Shown piece after piece: positions 60,801-64,000 of a DNA stretch of 64,000 nt. The notes under the pieces were generated by a model. The model was not told the DNA's origin. It searched no databases and was given only the letters and a program-made list of their open reading frames with translations. Positions within the stretch are counted from its first letter, which is position 1, and every line of letters begins with the position of its first letter. A program made the position numbers and the translations under genes. This DNA is from Podarcis vaucheri (Eukaryota), in the NCBI GenBank assembly GCA_965113315.1, contig OZ220363.1. One strand, given 5' to 3'.

Positions 60801-62824
60801 GGGGGATGTGGGAAAGGGGGACATCCACTCACCTCTGTTGCTCAGTTGCTTTAGAATCTGTTTTGTTGGTTCTGCAATGAAAGGAAAGTTTGCGAGATGA
60901 GTTCTTGAAATGCTGGTTCAGAGCCCAGAAATACCAGAAAGAGGTGGGGAGAACCCCAGCACCAGCCTCAGCCCGCCACCTCTGCCCCCTCCAGAAGGAA
61001 ACACCTTGAAGCATCTGAGTGAAGTGCAGAACAGCACTAGCCTCCTCTGTGCAGTGCAGAACAAGCCTCTCAGAGAACAGCATCACCAGTCTTACATCTG
61101 TCAAGGACCACCTAATCCTTCCATCCCTGCCCAATCACAGGCCTTCAGGGGAGTACCGGTTAGTAGTTCTCCATGGCTCAGACGTATGGCTCTTATTCAC
61201 AAAGAGCAGTGTGTTCAGTATTGTGGACCCAATTTTATGGAATGCCCTTCCAGTTGACGTCAGACCGGACCCCTCCCTGTTGGACTTCCAGTGCCTACAG
61301 ATGACTTTTTAAATTATTATTCCAACAGGCACTTTTGGAAGTTTGATTTTCTAGTTTTAACCAGGTTTTACCTTTTCTGTATTCTGTTCCTTGCACACGG
61401 CTTAAAGACTACTGTAGCTAAGCGGTATATAAATTGTTTAAATTTAAATAAATAAATCTGTGCTTGCAAGCCACCAAGATTGAATGAACTAGGAGGCCAA
61501 ATAAACCAGCAGATTTTTAAAAAGTGAAACCTGTCTCTCACCCACTCTTCTACAGAAAGGGCTGTGTATACTCCAGCAGCAAATAAAAATAAAAATCCAG
61601 ATTCTGCTGCCCAGAATCAGACACCTCTCCCTGCAAACTCAGCAGTTTCTTATTATGCAGGATTTATTCCACTTTGACAATCCAAGTTGGACTGCAGGGA
61701 GCAACAAATAAGATGAAAGGAGGCCAAAAACCCAGGCAGGAAACAGGGTGTCCCACTTTCCAGGTGCCTGAAGCCCTGTTTGCGCTTCTGAGGCTTCTAT
61801 GATTTCGAGATACATTTCCCACATCTTTTCAGAAGCCACAAGAACTTCACATTTACTGTGTCTGGTGCTATTGCATTTCAATACAGAGATGGGGAACTTC
61901 AGGGTCAGGGGCCCAAATGCAGCCCTCTAGGCCTATCTGAACCTCCAGTCTCTCTCCAGGCCTCATCTTTCAACAGTCTTGCTTTGACCCTCCCTTGAGT
62001 GTTTCTGCCTGGCTGGAATGTGTCCTTGAACCACGCTAATGACCCTTCCTTGCCTGGAGTGTGTCAAAACTGGCCTACTGTACAAATGTAACCTTCAGCC
62101 ATTGCTCCGCCCACTTTTGCCTCTGGCCCTGCCCACCAATGACATGCGGCCCCTGGAAGATTGTCCGAAAGTGAATGCAGCCCCTGAGCTAAAAGGGTTT
62201 CCCACCCCTGATTTAACATGCACTAATGTAGAATTAATCTAAATAAGCAACTACGAAGAGGGAATGATGTTGGGTAACATGGGTGTGTTCAGATTTTTGA
62301 ATATTGAGTTGACTGTATACTGTAATTAGTATTCTTTTGACATGTGTGCAAATTAATCGAATTATTGTTCTCCTTGTAGAACATGATTTATTTTCTATGC
62401 TGACTTCGCTAAATGAAATTAATTATGTAGGTTCTATAATTAGTAGTATAGTTGATAAAAGAAAAAGAGAGGAGGAAAAAATGGGGATCCTGGCAATTCT
62501 GTGTCAGATACCAATTTGTGAACGCATGGAATAAACACAGCCCTGCCTATAGAGCTTAAAAGCCAACATCATCTATTACGTTTGCTGGAGACTGAGAGGC
62601 ATGTTCAGCCAGCATCGTGTCCAGGAGGCAAAGCCCATAAGCTACTCCGCAGTAAGGTTTGACCCAAAGAGCTCCACCTGCTTGCTCGCAGCCCCACAAC
62701 ACCAGATGGCAGAGCCCCTTCGTGCCACATGCTAAATCAGTGGAGCCCGCACCAGATTTCCTGCGGCCTTTATGCTCGAGTCCATCTAGGAGCCTCTCAG
62801 CAGTGTTTTTGCCACGGAAAGGCT
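54069..62824 (-). CDS. PLEKHG3: Pleckstrin homology and RhoGEF domain containing G3, 3' coding exons (gene continues beyond window end)
   Basis: Motifs EQVADFASSL.A.LHCWHYRANALLFS, SVLDQASVIAERF, VKNKVYQLARQYSLRIK, YVQIRSPTSREKI, VKNLREKFQ.LNS match recalled PLEKHG3; convergent with SPTB as in human. Confidence 0.93.
56459..57914 (-). CDS. PLEKHG3: PLEKHG3 large penultimate exon
   Basis: cctag|GCGCGA..AAGG|gtatgt; 1456 nt, phase 0->1; ARSAIELSM..KKSK. Confidence 0.92.
58493..58594 (-). CDS. PLEKHG3: PLEKHG3 exon
   Basis: ttcag|GCC..AAG|gtgagt; AKSHKAQEGPKQYQSPGSSGEKNRTGDNVSSVPK; 102 nt. Confidence 0.8.
59480..59785 (-). CDS. PLEKHG3: PLEKHG3 exon (Glu-rich)
   Basis: cgtag|CATGCA..ACG|gtgagg; HAGSDGALLEFGEP..HCWHYRANALLFSWGST; 306 nt. 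Confidence 0.88.
60177..60184 (-). CDS. PLEKHG3: PLEKHG3 8-nt microexon (GLK)
   Basis: pyrimidine tract..caatag|GACTAAAG|gtaaga; bridges phase-1 upstream exon to phase-0 downstream exon. Confidence 0.68.
60833..60871 (-). CDS. PLEKHG3: PLEKHG3 39-nt exon
   Basis: ttgcag|AACCA..AGAG|gtgagt; (E)PTKQILKQLSNR, homologous to recalled human EPTKHLLRQLNEK. Confidence 0.85.
61195..61457 (+). mobile_element. Old L2 3' fragment
   Basis: TTCAGT..TGGAATGCCCTTCC..GTCAGAC..; AAGCGGTATATAAAT..(TAAA)n tail. Confidence 0.55.
61883..62210. mobile_element. Older hAT MITE
   Basis: CAGAGATGGGGAAC .. TTTCCCACCCCTG termini with AATGCAGCCC subterminal repeats; TSD degenerate. Confidence 0.55.
62753..62824 (-). 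CDS. PLEKHG3: PLEKHG3 72-nt symmetric exon
   Basis: ccttag|AGCCT..TCTG|gtgcgg; (E)PFRGKNTAERLLDGLEHKGRRKS, phase 1->1. Confidence 0.72.
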
Positions 62825-64000
62825 CTAAGGATAGGATATAAGATACCTGTTAGAGTCAATACCATTCTGCTGGAGACGTTACTAAAGCCCTGCCTTGCTG
62901 GGGCCTGCACCACACTAGGGATGCTGCGACTCAGTACAGCGGTGCACCTGGACCAGTGTCAGCCGTCGGCATCCTCGGGCACCTGCGGAGGATCCATCTG
63001 CTGCCCCAGATTCCCTTGTTTGCCACTTTGATGAACACAATGCTGAATTGCCCACAATGCCCCAGAACAGTGTACTGGGGGGCAAGTACAATGGCAACGG
63101 CTTGATACCCAGAGAGGTGCTGCTACCACTGCCCTTGCCTTCCTCCTTTGGTAAGCGTACTTGCCTGCCTCATGTCCATTGGAAACAGAGGAGGAAGAGG
63201 TGGTGATGCTAGGAGGGAAGAACTGCCTGCTGCTGGGGGGTGGGGGGAGCATAAGACGAACCTATGCTGTATGGTCCTGTACTGCTGCCAGTTGCAATGT
63301 GAACTAGATTATTTGTAGGCTCTCCTTCCAACTCTCTGGGCCATTCTAGATTATTTTCAGGGCACAAAGAGCATGTTGTTTTGACACTCTTGTTGCAGGC
63401 ATAAATATTACGTTACTCAGAGCAGACCTGATGAAATTAATGAACACGACTACATTTCCATAATACCACCCAATAGCTATTTAAGAGGCCCATTTTCTCA
63501 ACACTCCTGGATAAAACCTTTTGACGATCTGCTTTTAACAAGCAGGCGCCCTTCAGAAGATCCTCTAGTGAGCTCTCTTTTTAGAAGCTGTCTAGGCTTG
63601 CAGCACCCAAGACTTGAGCTCAGCAGTTCTCTCTTGGCACAGCAATCAAGAATCAAGCAATGCACACAGGACCTCAGCACACTTTTACACGCCACAAACT
63701 CAGCCCAGCACACAGAGACCCACAGGCATCTACTAGAGTTGTGAGTCGCAAAAGCAGGCCATGATGTGTGTGGTTCCCCCCCCCCCAAAAAAAACCCCTA
63801 TGCCGTGTAAGGAGTTGTTGACAGCAAGAGCACCCTTTGTTAGGATAAGAAGTCAAGTAGGAATAAAAGGAATTTGGAATGGCTTCCATGTTTTGGTATG
63901 AAAGTACAACACCCAGGAGAGTCAACGAAATGGAACCAGCCTGCCCTGACTTGCACAAGCTTGCCTGACACATTGGTGAAAGGTGGCTGTTCTACACAAC

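Noticed and set aside
62959-63788. Minus-strand ORFs as further PLEKHG3 exons
   Set aside because: No recognisable PLEKHG3 motifs or convincing GT-AG pairs

Overview
Eukaryotic (squamate reptile, most likely a lacertid lizard such as Podarcis, judging from Sauria-type SINE, BovB, tRNA-Lys/CR1 SINE, L2, CR1 and Penelope repeats) genomic DNA. The + strand carries almost the whole erythrocytic beta-spectrin gene SPTB: 34 coding exons (human-numbered 3-36, 236-47452) with GT-AG boundaries that join in one open frame, covering the CH domains, 17 spectrin repeats, the erythroid/muscle alternative 3' region and the PH domain. Tail-to-tail on the - strand lie the last seven coding exons of PLEKHG3 (54069-62824), including an 8-nt microexon needed to keep the frame. 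Introns are full of DNA-transposon MITEs, SINEs and LINE fragments. The most striking element is a young, intact 735-bp non-autonomous hAT transposon (39676-40410; perfect 15-bp TIRs, 8-bp TSD) in SPTB intron 32 whose CpG-rich interior appears to be a captured promoter/5'UTR/N-terminal coding fragment of RANBP9 (a Pack-TIR-like gene-capturing element). Gene and repeat identities rest on recalled homology, not on database searches.
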